Positions 9,184-18,890 of a stretch of DNA of 64,000 nt are shown piece by piece; the first letter of the stretch is position 1; every line of letters begins with the position of its first letter. The notes beneath the pieces were generated by a model, which saw nothing but the letters and a program-made list of their open reading frames with translations, did not search any database and had not been told where the DNA came from. Made by a program: the position numbers and the translations under genes. This DNA is from Escherichia coli (lineage in GTDB: Bacteria; Pseudomonadota; Gammaproteobacteria; Enterobacterales; Enterobacteriaceae): assembly GCF_013122565.1 (NCBI RefSeq), contig NZ_CP053258.1; one strand, given 5' to 3'.

Positions 9184-9692
9184 ATAATATGCTCTCCATT
9201 CATTGTTTTTATGTTTCCATAGAAATCAATACATCAGATAATTCATTTTGATTAAGAACGACCCAGAAAGTATATTTAAAGGTGAATGGCAAAGCGTGAT
9301 GAAGATCGCAGATTACTTTTACACCCGGGTGTGGAGGTATCGTGTTTCAAAAAGTGTGTCTATTTTAAATATCACTCATTGATTTATAGACATTTTTTCC
9401 TTATAAAAAAACACTAAATTCTGTACAAGAATATTTTGTATCTTCTATTACTTTCTCCAGTAATAACTCACCTTTCAGGTATAACTTAAATCTACTTGTT
9501 CATAATCTCAATTTTTGTAAATGAAAAGGCACATAAGAGTTAAAATAAATAATGAATTAAACATTAATTACGCAAAAATGCGAGGCGTCTTCAGGATTAG
9601 AATCGATAAAACAGAATGGGTTAAAGAGAGCGATATAATAGCGGCGGGTGCTTGAGGCTGTCTGTCTCAGGCATTAGCTGAACGGCAGATAG

Positions 9693-9747
9693 AGAAAAGC
9701 CCCGAGTGATATTTTACTATCAACCCGAGGCCTCCTATATGCAGAAC
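9693..9747 (-). ncRNA. sokC: Sok-type antisense RNA of the hokC locus
   Basis: Placed by transferring the K-12 sokC position relative to mokC/hokC, from memory. It overlaps the mokC start in antisense. The ends are not verifiable from sequence alone. Confidence 0.45.
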
Positions 9748-9948
9748 ACATGTAGAGTGCCTCTTACTGACCGTAAGGTCAAGGAGAAGAGAGCAATGAA
9801 GCAGCATAAGGCGATGATTGTCGCCCTCATCGTCATCTGTATCACCGCCGTAGTGGCGGCGCTGGTAACGAGAAAAGACCTCTGTGAGGTTCACATCCGA
9901 ACTGGCCAGACGGAGGTTGCTGTTTTCACGGCTTACGAATCCGAGTAA
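9739..9948 (+). CDS. mokC: Overlapping regulatory reading frame of hokC
   Basis: The in-frame upstream ATG gives MQNTCRVPLTDRKVKEKRA- followed by HokC, as in K-12 MokC (K-12 has MLNTC..). Confidence 0.6.
   Translation: MQNTCRVPLTDRKVKEKRAMKQHKAMIVALIVICITAVVAALVTRKDLCEVHIRTGQTEVAVFTAYESE
9796..9948 (+). CDS. hokC: Type I toxin HokC (Gef), 50 aa
   Basis: MKQHKAMIVALIVICITAVVAALVTRKDLCEVHIRTGQTEVAVFTAYESE matches HokC as I recall it. An AAGGAGAAG SD lies upstream. Confidence 0.93.
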   Translation: MKQHKAMIVALIVICITAVVAALVTRKDLCEVHIRTGQTEVAVFTAYESE

Positions 9949-10022
9949 GAGCAACGGCGGGGAGTGATCCCCGCCACTTTACAGGTGCTCGCATATCTTC
10001 AACGCACCCTATTTTTACCCAG

Positions 10023-10044
10023 GCCTGCCCACGAGCAGGCTTTT
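10023..10044 (+). terminator. Terminator hairpin at the 3' end of the hok mRNA (shared convergent region with dnaJ)
   Basis: GCCTGC (10023-10028) - 6-nt loop - GCAGGC (10035-10040), followed by TTTT on the plus strand. Confidence 0.5.
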
Positions 10045-10051
10045 GGGGAGG

Positions 10052-11182
10052 TTAGCGGGTCAGGTCGTCAAAAAACTTCTTCACACCATCAAAGAAGCTC
10101 TTTGAGCGCGGGCTGTTGTGCTCGCCGGTTGGGCCACCGAAGCTTTCTTGCAGCTCTTGCAGCAGCTGTTTCTGCTTCTCGTTCAGGCCTACCGGTGTTT
10201 CGACGACAACGCGGCACAGCAAATCACCCTGTGCGCCACCGCGGACAGACTTGACGCCTTTACCGCGCATACGGAACAGCTTACCGGTCTGGGTTTCGCC
10301 AGGCACTTTCAGTTTGACGCGACCATCAAGGGTCGGTACTTCGATTTCACCCCCCAGCGCCGCCATAGCGAAGTTGATCGGGACTTCGCAATACAGGTTG
10401 TTGCCTTCACGCTCGAAAATCGGGTGCTGTTTAACCTGAACCTGAACGTACAGATCGCCTGCTGGTGCGCCATGCTCGCCCGCTTCACCTTCGCCCGCAA
10501 GACGGATGCGGTCTCCAGTGTCCACCCCTGCCGGGATTTTAACGGACAGCGTTTTGCTGCGCTCAACACGACCATGACCATGACATTTGTTGCACGGATC
10601 TTTGATCAGCGTACCGCGGCCCTGACAGTGTGGACAGGTCTGCTGCACGGCAAAGAAACCCTGGCGCATCTGCACCTGACCAGAACCATGACAGGTCGGA
10701 CAGGTCTGCGGCTGTGTACCTGGTTTTGCACCGCTACCGTGGCAAACGTCACACTCTTCCAGAGTCGGAATGCGGATCTCTTTGGTCACGCCACGTACAG
10801 CTTCTTCGAGGGTGAGCTCCATGTTATAGCGTAAATCAGCACCGCGCGCCGCACGTTGACGACCACGTCCGCCGCCAAAAATATCGCCGAAAACGTCACC
10901 AAAAATATCGCTGAAGTCTGCGCCACCGCCAAAACCGCCGCCGCCCATGCCACCTTGCTCAAACGCAGCATGACCATACTGATCGTATGCCGCACGTTTT
11001 TGTGAGTCGGTCAGAACTTCATAAGCTTCCTTGATCTCTTTAAATTTCGCCTCGGCCTCTTTGTCACCCTGGTTACGGTCCGGGTGGTATTTCATGGCCA
11101 GGCGTTTGTAGGCCTTTTTGATTTCACGCTCTTCCGCTGTTTTGGAAACGCCTAAAATCTCGTAATAATCTTGCTTAGCCAT
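10052..11182 (-). CDS. dnaJ: Hsp40 co-chaperone
   Basis: 376 aa from [38 protein letters not shown] domain, G/F region and CxxCxGxG repeats are all present. Confidence 0.98.
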
Positions 11183-11270
11183 CTTTTTTAAATTGCCCCT
11201 AGATGAATGCACGGGCGGAGAGGAAATTCCCCTTCGCCCGTGTCAGTATAATTACCCGTTTATAGGGCGA

Positions 11271-13187
11271 TTATTTTTTGTCTTTGACTTCTTCAAATTC
11301 AGCGTCGACAACATCGTCATCTTTCGCGTTGTTTGCAGAAGCATCAGCACCGGCAGTCTGCTGCTGGGCATGTTGCTGCTGGGCGATTTCCATCAGTTTC
11401 TGGGAAACCTGTGCCAGTTCCTGCATTTTCGCTTCGATAGCGGCTTTGTCTTCACCTTTCAGAGCAGTTTCCAGTGCAGTCAGCGCAGACTCGATAGCAG
11501 TTTTGTCGTCAGCCGGCAGTTTGTCGCCTGCTTCTTCAACCTGCTTACGGGTGCTGTGCAGCAGATGGTCGCCCTGGTTGCGAGTCTGTACCAGCTCTTC
11601 AAACTTACGGTCAGCTTCGGCGTTAGCTTCTGCGTCGCGTACCATTTTCTGGATTTCATCTTCGTTCAGACCAGAAGAAGCCTTGATGGTGATCTTCTGC
11701 TCTTTACCGCTGTTTTTATCTTTCGCGGAAACGTGCAGGATACCGTCAGCATCAATATCGAAGGTAACTTCGATCTGCGGCATGCCGCGCGGTGCCGGGT
11801 TGATACCATCCAGGTTGAACTGACCCAGAGATTTGTTATCAGCCGCACGTTTACGTTCACCCTGCAGCACGTGGATGGTTACCGCAGACTGGTTGTCTTC
11901 AGCGGTAGAGAACACCTGGCTGTGCTTGGTCGGGATAGTGGTGTTTTTCGCGATCAGCGTCGTCATCACACCGCCCATGGTTTCGATACCCAGAGACAGC
12001 GGGGTAACGTCCAGCAGCAGTACGTCTTTCACGTCACCAGTCAGAACACCACCCTGAACAGCAGCACCGATTGCTACAGCTTCGTCCGGGTTAACGTCTT
12101 TACGCGGCTCTTTACCAAAGAACTCAGCAACTTTCTTCTGAACCATTGGCATACGAGTCTGACCACCAACGAGGATAACGTCGTCGATATCAGATACGGA
12201 CAGGCCAGCGTCCTGCAGTGCAACTTTCAGCGGCTCAATGGAACGGTTTACCAGATCTTCAACCAGGCTTTCCAGTTTCGCACGAGTCACTTTGATGTTC
12301 ATGTGTTTCGGACCGGTCGCGTCTGCAGTGATGTACGGCAGGTTAACGTCGGTCTGCTGAGCAGAAGACAGTTCGATTTTCGCTTTTTCTGCCGCTTCTT
12401 TCAGGCGCTGCATTGCCAGCGGATCGTTGCGCAGGTCAATGCCCTGATCTTTCTTGAATTCTTCAACCAGGTAGTTGATCAGACGGCTGTCGAAGTCTTC
12501 ACCACCCAAGTGTGTATCACCGTTGGTTGCCAGAACTTCAAAGGTTTTTTCGCCGTCAACTTCGTCGATTTCGATAATAGAAATATCGAAAGTACCACCA
12601 CCCAGGTCATAAACCGCGATAGTACGGTTGCCAGTACCTTTGTCCAGACCGTAAGCCAGCGCAGCTGCGGTTGGTTCGTTAATGATACGTTTTACTTCCA
12701 GACCAGCGATACGGCCTGCGTCTTTCGTTGCCTGACGCTGAGCATCGTTAAAGTATGCCGGTACGGTAATAACAGCTTCAGTTACCGGTTCACCCAGGTA
12801 ATCTTCAGCGGTTTTCTTCATTTTTTTCAGCACTTCAGCAGAAATCTGCGGCGGTGCCATTTTTTGGCCTTTAACTTCGACCCATGCGTCGCCGTTATCA
12901 GCAGCAATAATTTTGAACGGCATGATGGAAACATCACGCTGTACTTCTTCGTCCTGGAAGCGGCGGCCAATCAGGCGTTTAATCGCAAACAGGGTGTTTT
13001 GCGGGTTCGTCACTGCCTGACGTTTAGCCGGCTGACCAACCAGAGTTTCACCATCCTGGGTATAGGCAATGATAGAAGGCGTGGTGCGATCGCCTTCGGC
13101 GTTCTCCAGCACACGAGGAGTGGTGCCATCCATAATCGCTACACAAGAGTTGGTAGTACCCAGGTCGATACCAATTATTTTACCCAT
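11271..13187 (-). CDS. dnaK: Hsp70 chaperone
   Basis: 638 aa, [21 protein letters not shown]-type sequence, ending ..EFEEVKDKK. Confidence 0.99.
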
Positions 13188-13234
13188 CTAAACGTCTCCA
13201 CTATATATTCGGTCATCATGTGGTTGTGAGTCTG

Positions 13235-13337
13235 TAATAGGGGCGAAACGTCTGGTTTCAACTGCCCAATTTCATTTTTTTGCAGACTCACTCACTGCGG
13301 TTGACTACTAAATGGGGTCGTAACCCACGTCATCAAG
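13235..13337 (-). promoter_or_regulatory. dnaK heat-shock (sigma32) promoters P1 and P2
   Basis: Minus-strand CTTGAT (13332-13337) - 14 nt - CCCCATTTAG (13308-13317), and TTGAAA (13256-13261) - 12 nt - CCCCTATTA (13235-13243). Both fit the sigma32 consensus CTTGAAA/CCCCATNT. Confidence 0.65.
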
Positions 13338-13563
13338 GGGGAGATGCAAAAATTTTTCGTGCTTTTGCGCAGAAATTTCGCGATATAGCAGGACAAGACG
13401 TAAAACTGAGAGCAATTTTATTCATATAAAGAATGAATCGCAGCCAAGGCATTCATCAAAAAATTGTAATAAAAAGAAAACATTACGTACCTGAATCTTC
13501 TCTTTATCAGCAGTAAACTAATGGGTATTCATCCCCCTACCTCTCCCTACTAAGAGAATCCTT

Positions 13564-13968
13564 ATGAAATCCGTTTTTACGATTTCCGCCAGCCTGGCGA
13601 TTAGTCTGATGCTGTGCTGCACGGCACAGGCAAACGACCATAAAATCCTCGGCGTCATTGCGATGCCACGTAACGAAACCAACGATCTGGCGCTGAAACT
13701 TCCTGTTTGTCGCATTGTTAAACGCATACAACTCTCTGCCGACCATGGCGATTTACAGTTAAGCGGTGCATCGGTTTATTTCAAAGCCGCACGTAGCGCC
13801 AGTCAGACCCTGAATATTCCTTCAGAAATAAAAGAAGGGCAAACCACTGACTGGATCAACATTAACAGTGATAACGACAATAAACGCTGCGTCTCAAAAA
13901 TCACCTTTTCTGGTCATACGGTGAACTCAACGGATATGGCCACGCTGAAAATTATCGGCGACGACTAA
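13564..13968 (+). CDS. yaaI: DUF2541-family periplasmic protein
   Basis: 134 aa with a signal peptide. Sequence and position match K-12 yaaI. Confidence 0.9.
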   Translation: MKSVFTISASLAISLMLCCTAQANDHKILGVIAMPRNETNDLALKLPVCRIVKRIQLSADHGDLQLSGASVYFKAARSASQTLNIPSEIKEGQTTDWININSDNDNKRCVSKITFSGHTVNSTDMATLKIIGDD

Positions 13969-13993
13969 CGCCAGAATATAGAAGCCACAAAAA

Positions 13994-14707
13994 ATGAATG
14001 TTAATTACCTGAATGATTCAGATCTGGATTTTCTCCAGCATTGTAGTGAGGAACAGTTGGCAAATTTCGCCCGATTGCTCACCCATAATGAAAAAGGCAA
14101 AACTCGCCTCTCCAGCGTACTGATGCGCAACGAACTGTTTAAATCGATGGAAGGGCATCCCGAGCAACATCGCCGCAACTGGCAGCTGATTGCCGGAGAA
14201 TTACAGCATTTTGGTGGCGATAGTATCGCCAACAAACTGCGTGGACACGGTAAATTGTATCGGGCCATTTTGCTCGATGTTTCAAAGCGATTGAAGCTGA
14301 AAGCCGACAAAGAGATGTCTACGTTTGAGATTGAGCAACAGTTACTGGAACAATTTCTGCGTAATACCTGGAAGAAAATGGACGAGGAACATAAGCAGGA
14401 GTTTCTGCACGCGGTCGATGCCAGGGTGAATGAGCTGGAAGAGCTGCTGCCGCTGCTGATGAAAGACAAATTATTGGCAAAAGGTGTGTCGCATTTGCTT
14501 TCCAGCCAATTGACCCGCATTTTACGCACCCACGCAGCAATGAGCGTGCTTGGGCATGGTTTGCTGCGCGGCGCGGGTCTGGGAGGCCCTGTGGGTGCAG
14601 CATTAAATGGGGTTAAAGCGGTCAGCGGCAGCGCCTATCGCGTGACGATTCCAGCCGTACTGCAAATCGCCTGCCTGCGCCGGATGGTTAGCGCCACTCA
14701 GGTCTGA
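13994..14707 (+). CDS. yaaW: UPF0174-family protein
   Basis: 237 aa. Sequence and position match K-12 yaaW. Confidence 0.9.
   Translation: MNVNYLNDSDLDFLQHCSEEQLANFARLLTHNEKGKTRLSSVLMRNELFKSMEGHPEQHRRNWQLIAGELQHFGGDSIANKLRGHGKLYRAILLDVSKRLKLKADKEMSTFEIEQQLLEQFLRNTWKKMDEEHKQEFLHAVDARVNELEELLPLLMKDKLLAKGVSHLLSSQLTRILRTHAAMSVLGHGLLRGAGLGGPVGAALNGVKAVSGSAYRVTIPAVLQIACLRRMVSATQV
14005..14529 (-). CDS. mbiA: Antisense ORF embedded in yaaW (mbiA/htgA-like; coding status doubtful)
   Basis: A 174-aa ORF lies fully inside yaaW on the opposite strand. K-12 annotates a similar antisense ORF here. There is no clear SD, and the product is Ser/Cys-rich and low-complexity. Confidence 0.25.
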   Translation of the reverse strand: MRKMRVNWLESKCDTPFANNLSFISSGSSSSSSFTLASTACRNSCLCSSSIFFQVLRRNCSSNCCSISNVDISLSAFSFNRFETSSKMARYNLPCPRSLLAILSPPKCCNSPAISCQLRRCCSGCPSIDLNSSLRISTLERRVLPFSLWVSNRAKFANCSSLQCWRKSRSESFR

Positions 14708-14855
14708 TACCGGAAACCGGGGAAAATTTTCATTTTCCCCTCAAAAGATCGTAGACACTGCCCCACTGGCTGATTATTATGCCGCGCCCTGAAAACACTA
14801 CAGTTATTCAGGGAAATTATTTCACCATTCATTCGATGATGATTTTTGAGGAATT

Positions 14856-15422
14856 ATGGGCAACACTAAGTTGGCTAATCCGGCACCGCTGGGCCTGATG
14901 GGCTTCGGCATGACCACCATTCTGCTTAACCTGCACAACGTGGGTTATTTCGCTCTGGACGGTATTATTCTTGCCATGGGCATTTTCTACGGCGGCATCG
15001 CGCAAATTTTTGCCGGTCTGCTGGAGTACAAAAAAGGCAACACTTTCGGTTTAACCGCATTCACCTCTTACGGTTCTTTCTGGCTGACGCTGGTTGCGAT
15101 TCTGCTGATGCCGAAACTGGGTCTGACCGATGCGCCAAATGCACAGTTCCTTGGTGTCTACCTGGGGCTGTGGGGCGTATTTACGCTGTTTATGTTCTTC
15201 GGCACGCTGAAAGGCGCACGCGTCCTGCAATTCGTTTTCTTTAGCCTGACCGTGCTGTTTGCCCTGCTGGCGATCGGTAACATTGCCGGTAATGCCGCGA
15301 TCATCCACTTTGCCGGCTGGATTGGTCTGATCTGCGGTGCCAGCGCAATCTATCTGGCGATGGGTGAAGTGCTGAACGAGCAGTTTGGTCGCACCGTTCT
15401 GCCGATTGGTGAATCCCACTAA
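14856..15422 (+). CDS. satP: Succinate-acetate/proton symporter
   Basis: 188 aa membrane protein MGNTKLANPAPLGLMGFGMTT.. (YaaH/SatP). Confidence 0.96.
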   Translation: MGNTKLANPAPLGLMGFGMTTILLNLHNVGYFALDGIILAMGIFYGGIAQIFAGLLEYKKGNTFGLTAFTSYGSFWLTLVAILLMPKLGLTDAPNAQFLGVYLGLWGVFTLFMFFGTLKGARVLQFVFFSLTVLFALLAIGNIAGNAAIIHFAGWIGLICGASAIYLAMGEVLNEQFGRTVLPIGESH

Positions 15423-15432
15423 TTGTTTTGAG

Positions 15433-15458
15433 ATCCCCCCGCTCGGGGGGATTTTTTT
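15433..15458 (+). terminator. satP terminator (overlaps the convergent mog stop codon)
   Basis: ATCCCCCC (15433-15440) - GCTC - GGGGGGAT (15445-15452), then TTTTTT. Confidence 0.75.
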
Positions 15459-16044
15459 ATTCGCTAACGTCGCGTCTTGCACTCTTCGGTCTGAATGCAG
15501 CAACCACTTCTGGTGCCGTTTCAACGTATGGCCCTTCCAGCAACTGAATGCAGTACGGTACGCTGGCAAAAATACCGTGTACCACAACGTTACCCTCAGC
15601 GTCCTTCACACCTTCCAGCGTCTCTTTAATAGACTTCGGCTGACCGGGTAAGTTAAGGATCAGCGCCTGTTTGCGAATCACGCCCACCTGACGCGAAAGG
15701 ATCGCAGTTGGTACAAAATGCAGGCTGATCTGGCGCATCTGTTCACCAAAGCCAGGCATCTCGCGGTCCGCTACTGCCAGCGTCGCATCGGGCGTTACGT
15801 CACGACGCGCCGGGCCAGTTCCGCCCGTGGTGAGCACCAGATGGCAACTCATTTCATCCACCAGCTCACACAACGTTTGCTCGATGATCGCCTGCTCATC
15901 GGGGATTAAGCGGGTTTCCAGTTCAAACGGCGTGGTTAGCGCCGATGTCAGCCATTCTTCCAGCGCAGGGATGCCTTTATCCTGATAAACGCCGCTGGAT
16001 GCGCGATCAGAGATGGAAACTAAGCCAATACGTAAAGTATTCAT
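15457..16044 (-). CDS. mog: Molybdopterin adenylyltransferase
   Basis: 195 aa from MNTLRIGLVSISDRASSGVYQDKGIPALEEWL.. Confidence 0.96.
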   Translation of the reverse strand: MNTLRIGLVSISDRASSGVYQDKGIPALEEWLTSALTTPFELETRLIPDEQAIIEQTLCELVDEMSCHLVLTTGGTGPARRDVTPDATLAVADREMPGFGEQMRQISLHFVPTAILSRQVGVIRKQALILNLPGQPKSIKETLEGVKDAEGNVVVHGIFASVPYCIQLLEGPYVETAPEVVAAFRPKSARRDVSE

Positions 16045-16124
16045 CAAGATTTTTCCGTTTAAACAGTCTCGTTAAACAGAATGATACACTGCGAAGGGAG
16101 TGACAGACAGGCTTCAGAAGAGGT

Positions 16125-16150
16125 AGCGTGACCGACTTCCCGGTCACGCT
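16125..16150 (-). terminator. Hairpin downstream of talB
   Basis: 10-bp perfect stem AGCGTGACCG (16125-16134) / CGGTCACGCT (16141-16150). The U-tract is weak. Confidence 0.5.
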
Positions 16151-16158
16151 AAGAATGA

Positions 16159-17112
16159 TTACAGCAGATCGCCGATCATTTTTTCCAGTTTTTCCTGGTC
16201 AATAGCAAACTTACGGATACCTTCCGCCAGTTTATCTACTGCCATTGGATCCTGGTTGTGCTGCCACAGGAACTCGGACTCAGTGATACGCGCCGGACGC
16301 GCTTTCACTTCGCCGGTGTAAGACAGTTTACGTTCGATAGCCCCTTCGCTCTCCGCCAGCTCTTTCAGCAGTGCCGGTGCGATGGTCAGACGGTCACAGC
16401 CTGCCAGTTCCAGAATTTCGCCGATGTTACGGAAGCTTGCGCCCATAACCACGGTTTCATAACCGTGCTCTTTGTAGTACTGGTAGATTTCAGATACAGA
16501 AACCACGCCCGGATCTTCTGCCGGAGCGTACTCTTTCTTATCGGTATTCGCTTTGTACCAGTCAAGAATACGGCCAACAAACGGCGAGATCAGGAACACG
16601 CCCGCTTCCGCACAAGCACGAGCCTGAGCGAAGGAGAACAGCAGGGTCAGGTTACAGTTGATGCCTTCTTTTTCCAGCTGTTCCGCAGCACGGATACCCT
16701 GCCAGGTAGAAGCCAGTTTGATCAGAATACGATCGTTGCTAATACCTGCATCGTTGTAGAGTTTGATCAGGCGTTTTGCTTTCGCAATTGACGCTTCGGT
16801 GTCATAGGAAAGACGCGCATCAACTTCAGTTGAGATACGGCCCGGAACCAGTTTCAGGATTTCCAGACCAATATTTACTGCCAGTTTGTCGGTCGCGTCC
16901 ACGATCTGCTGCGCGCGATCGTTGCTCTGCTGTTTCGCCCAGGCGACAGCATCATCAATCAACTTACGGTATTCCGGAATCTGCGCTGCGTTAAGAATGA
17001 GAGAAGGGTTGGTTGTGGCATCCTGCGGTTGATACAGCTTCATTGCCGCGATGTCCCCAGTGTCGGCCACTACGGTGGTGTACTGACGAAGGGAGGTCAA
17101 TTTGTCCGTCAT
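16159..17112 (-). CDS. talB: Transaldolase B
   Basis: 317 aa from [38 protein letters not shown].. Confidence 0.98.
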
Positions 17113-17390
17113 GATAGTATTTCTCTTTAAACAGCTTGTTAGGGGGATGTAACCGGTCTGCCCTGATGATATCACGACGCAACGTCAGCGCAACCGCCGA
17201 CAAGACGGTTATCGCCAGGCGAGACTGTTTCGGATTTCTGACACTGCGTTGATATCGCCCGCCATTTTTAAACAAAACCTCATGTATGCTACGCAGAAGT
17301 TATCAAGTACCTCGTAGCGTATATAATTCTTAAACAATTGGTAACGTTTACACAGGAAAGTCATCGCGACCGGCAATAAGAGGGATATGC

Positions 17391-18821
17391 ATGCCAGATT
17401 TTTTCTCCTTTATTAACAGCGTCCTTTGGGGATCGGTAATGATTTACCTGCTCTTCGGCGCAGGTTGTTGGTTCACTTTTCGCACCGGATTTGTGCAGTT
17501 TCGCTACATCCGCCAGTTTGGCAAAAGTCTTAAAAATAGCATTCATCCACAGCCAGGCGGTTTAACCTCATTTCAGTCATTGTGTACCAGTCTTGCGGCG
17601 CGCGTGGGTAGCGGCAACCTGGCTGGCGTTGCGCTGGCTATTACCGCCGGTGGACCTGGAGCCGTCTTCTGGATGTGGGTTGCTGCGTTTATCGGCATGG
17701 CGACCTCGTTTGCCGAATGTTCCCTGGCACAACTATATAAAGAACGTGACGTCAATGGGCAGTTTCGTGGCGGACCGGCATGGTATATGGCGCGCGGGCT
17801 GGGGATGCGCTGGATGGGCGTTCTGTTCGCCGTCTTTTTGCTCATCGCCTACGGCATAATTTTCAGCGGAGTTCAGGCGAACGCCGTTGCCCGCGCCCTA
17901 AGTTTTTCTTTTGATTTTCCTCCGCTGGTGACAGGCATTATTCTCGCTGTCTTTGCTCTGCTGGCAATCACTCGAGGTCTTCATGGCGTCGCCCGGCTCA
18001 TGCAAGGGTTTGTCCCGTTGATGGCGATAATCTGGGTGCTGACCAGCCTGGTGATTTGCGTAATGAATATCGGGCAACTTCCCCACGTCATTTGGTCTAT
18101 TTTTGAGAGTGCTTTTGGCTGGCAGGAAGCGGCAGGCGGCGCGGCGGGATATACCTTAAGCCAGGCGATTACTAACGGTTTTCAGCGCAGTATGTTTTCC
18201 AATGAGGCGGGAATGGGTTCGACGCCAAACGCGGCAGCAGCAGCGGCGTCCTGGCCTCCGCATCCGGCAGCGCAAGGAATTGTCCAGATGATTGGCATTT
18301 TTATCGACACCCTGGTCATCTGTACGGCAAGCGCCATGCTGATATTACTGGCGGGTAACGGCACAACCTACATGCCGCTGGAAGGTATTCAGCTTATCCA
18401 GAAGGCGATGCGGGTGCTAATGGGTTCCTGGGGTGCTGAGTTTGTTACCCTCGTGGTTATTCTGTTTGCCTTCAGCTCCATCGTTGCCAACTACATTTAT
18501 GCCGAAAACAATCTCTTCTTTTTACGCCTGAATAACCCTAAAGCGATCTGGTGTTTGCGGATCTGCACCTTCGCAACGGTCATCGGCGGCACCTTGCTAA
18601 GTCTTCCGCTGATGTGGCAACTGGCAGATATCATAATGGCCTGCATGGCTATTACCAATTTGACCGCCATTTTACTGCTCTCGCCTGTAGTTCATACCAT
18701 TGCCAGTGATTATCTACGCCAGCGTAAACTCGGCGTGCGCCCGGTGTTTGAACCGTTGCGTTATCCGGATATCGGTCGCCAGCTTTCTCCGGACGCGTGG
18801 GATGATGTTTCGCAGGAGTAA
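17391..18821 (+). CDS. yaaJ: Alanine/glycine:cation symporter family transporter
   Basis: 476 aa polytopic membrane protein. Sequence and position match K-12 yaaJ. Confidence 0.93.
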   Translation: MPDFFSFINSVLWGSVMIYLLFGAGCWFTFRTGFVQFRYIRQFGKSLKNSIHPQPGGLTSFQSLCTSLAARVGSGNLAGVALAITAGGPGAVFWMWVAAFIGMATSFAECSLAQLYKERDVNGQFRGGPAWYMARGLGMRWMGVLFAVFLLIAYGIIFSGVQANAVARALSFSFDFPPLVTGIILAVFALLAITRGLHGVARLMQGFVPLMAIIWVLTSLVICVMNIGQLPHVIWSIFESAFGWQEAAGGAAGYTLSQAITNGFQRSMFSNEAGMGSTPNAAAAAASWPPHPAAQGIVQMIGIFIDTLVICTASAMLILLAGNGTTYMPLEGIQLIQKAMRVLMGSWGAEFVTLVVILFAFSSIVANYIYAENNLFFLRLNNPKAIWCLRICTFATVIGGTLLSLPLMWQLADIIMACMAITNLTAILLLSPVVHTIASDYLRQRKLGVRPVFEPLRYPDIGRQLSPDAWDDVSQE

Positions 18822-18890
18822 TCACAACTATCGATCAACTCATTCTCTTTTTTTGCTAAAGTCGGCATAAATTTCCTGCAAGGACTGGAT

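Noticed and set aside
9521-9655. 44-aa ORF (MKRHIRVKINNELNINYAKMRGVFRIRIDKTEWVKESDIIAAGA) in the AT-rich region upstream of the porin gene, running into the hok mRNA 5' end.
   Set aside because: It has no Shine-Dalgarno sequence and lies in a very AT-rich stretch where short ORFs arise easily. It overlaps the hok/sok regulatory region. Nothing supports coding.
11193-13229. 678-aa ORF on the plus strand covering all of dnaK in antisense (longer than dnaK itself).
   Set aside because: This is a shadow ORF. It exactly mirrors a highly expressed gene with strong codon bias, which depletes stop codons on the opposite strand. The product is F/V/R/C/Q-rich and low-complexity (..[22 protein letters not shown]..). 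There is no SD, and its start lies in the dnaJ-dnaK spacer. Long antisense frames in hsp70 genes are a known compositional artefact.
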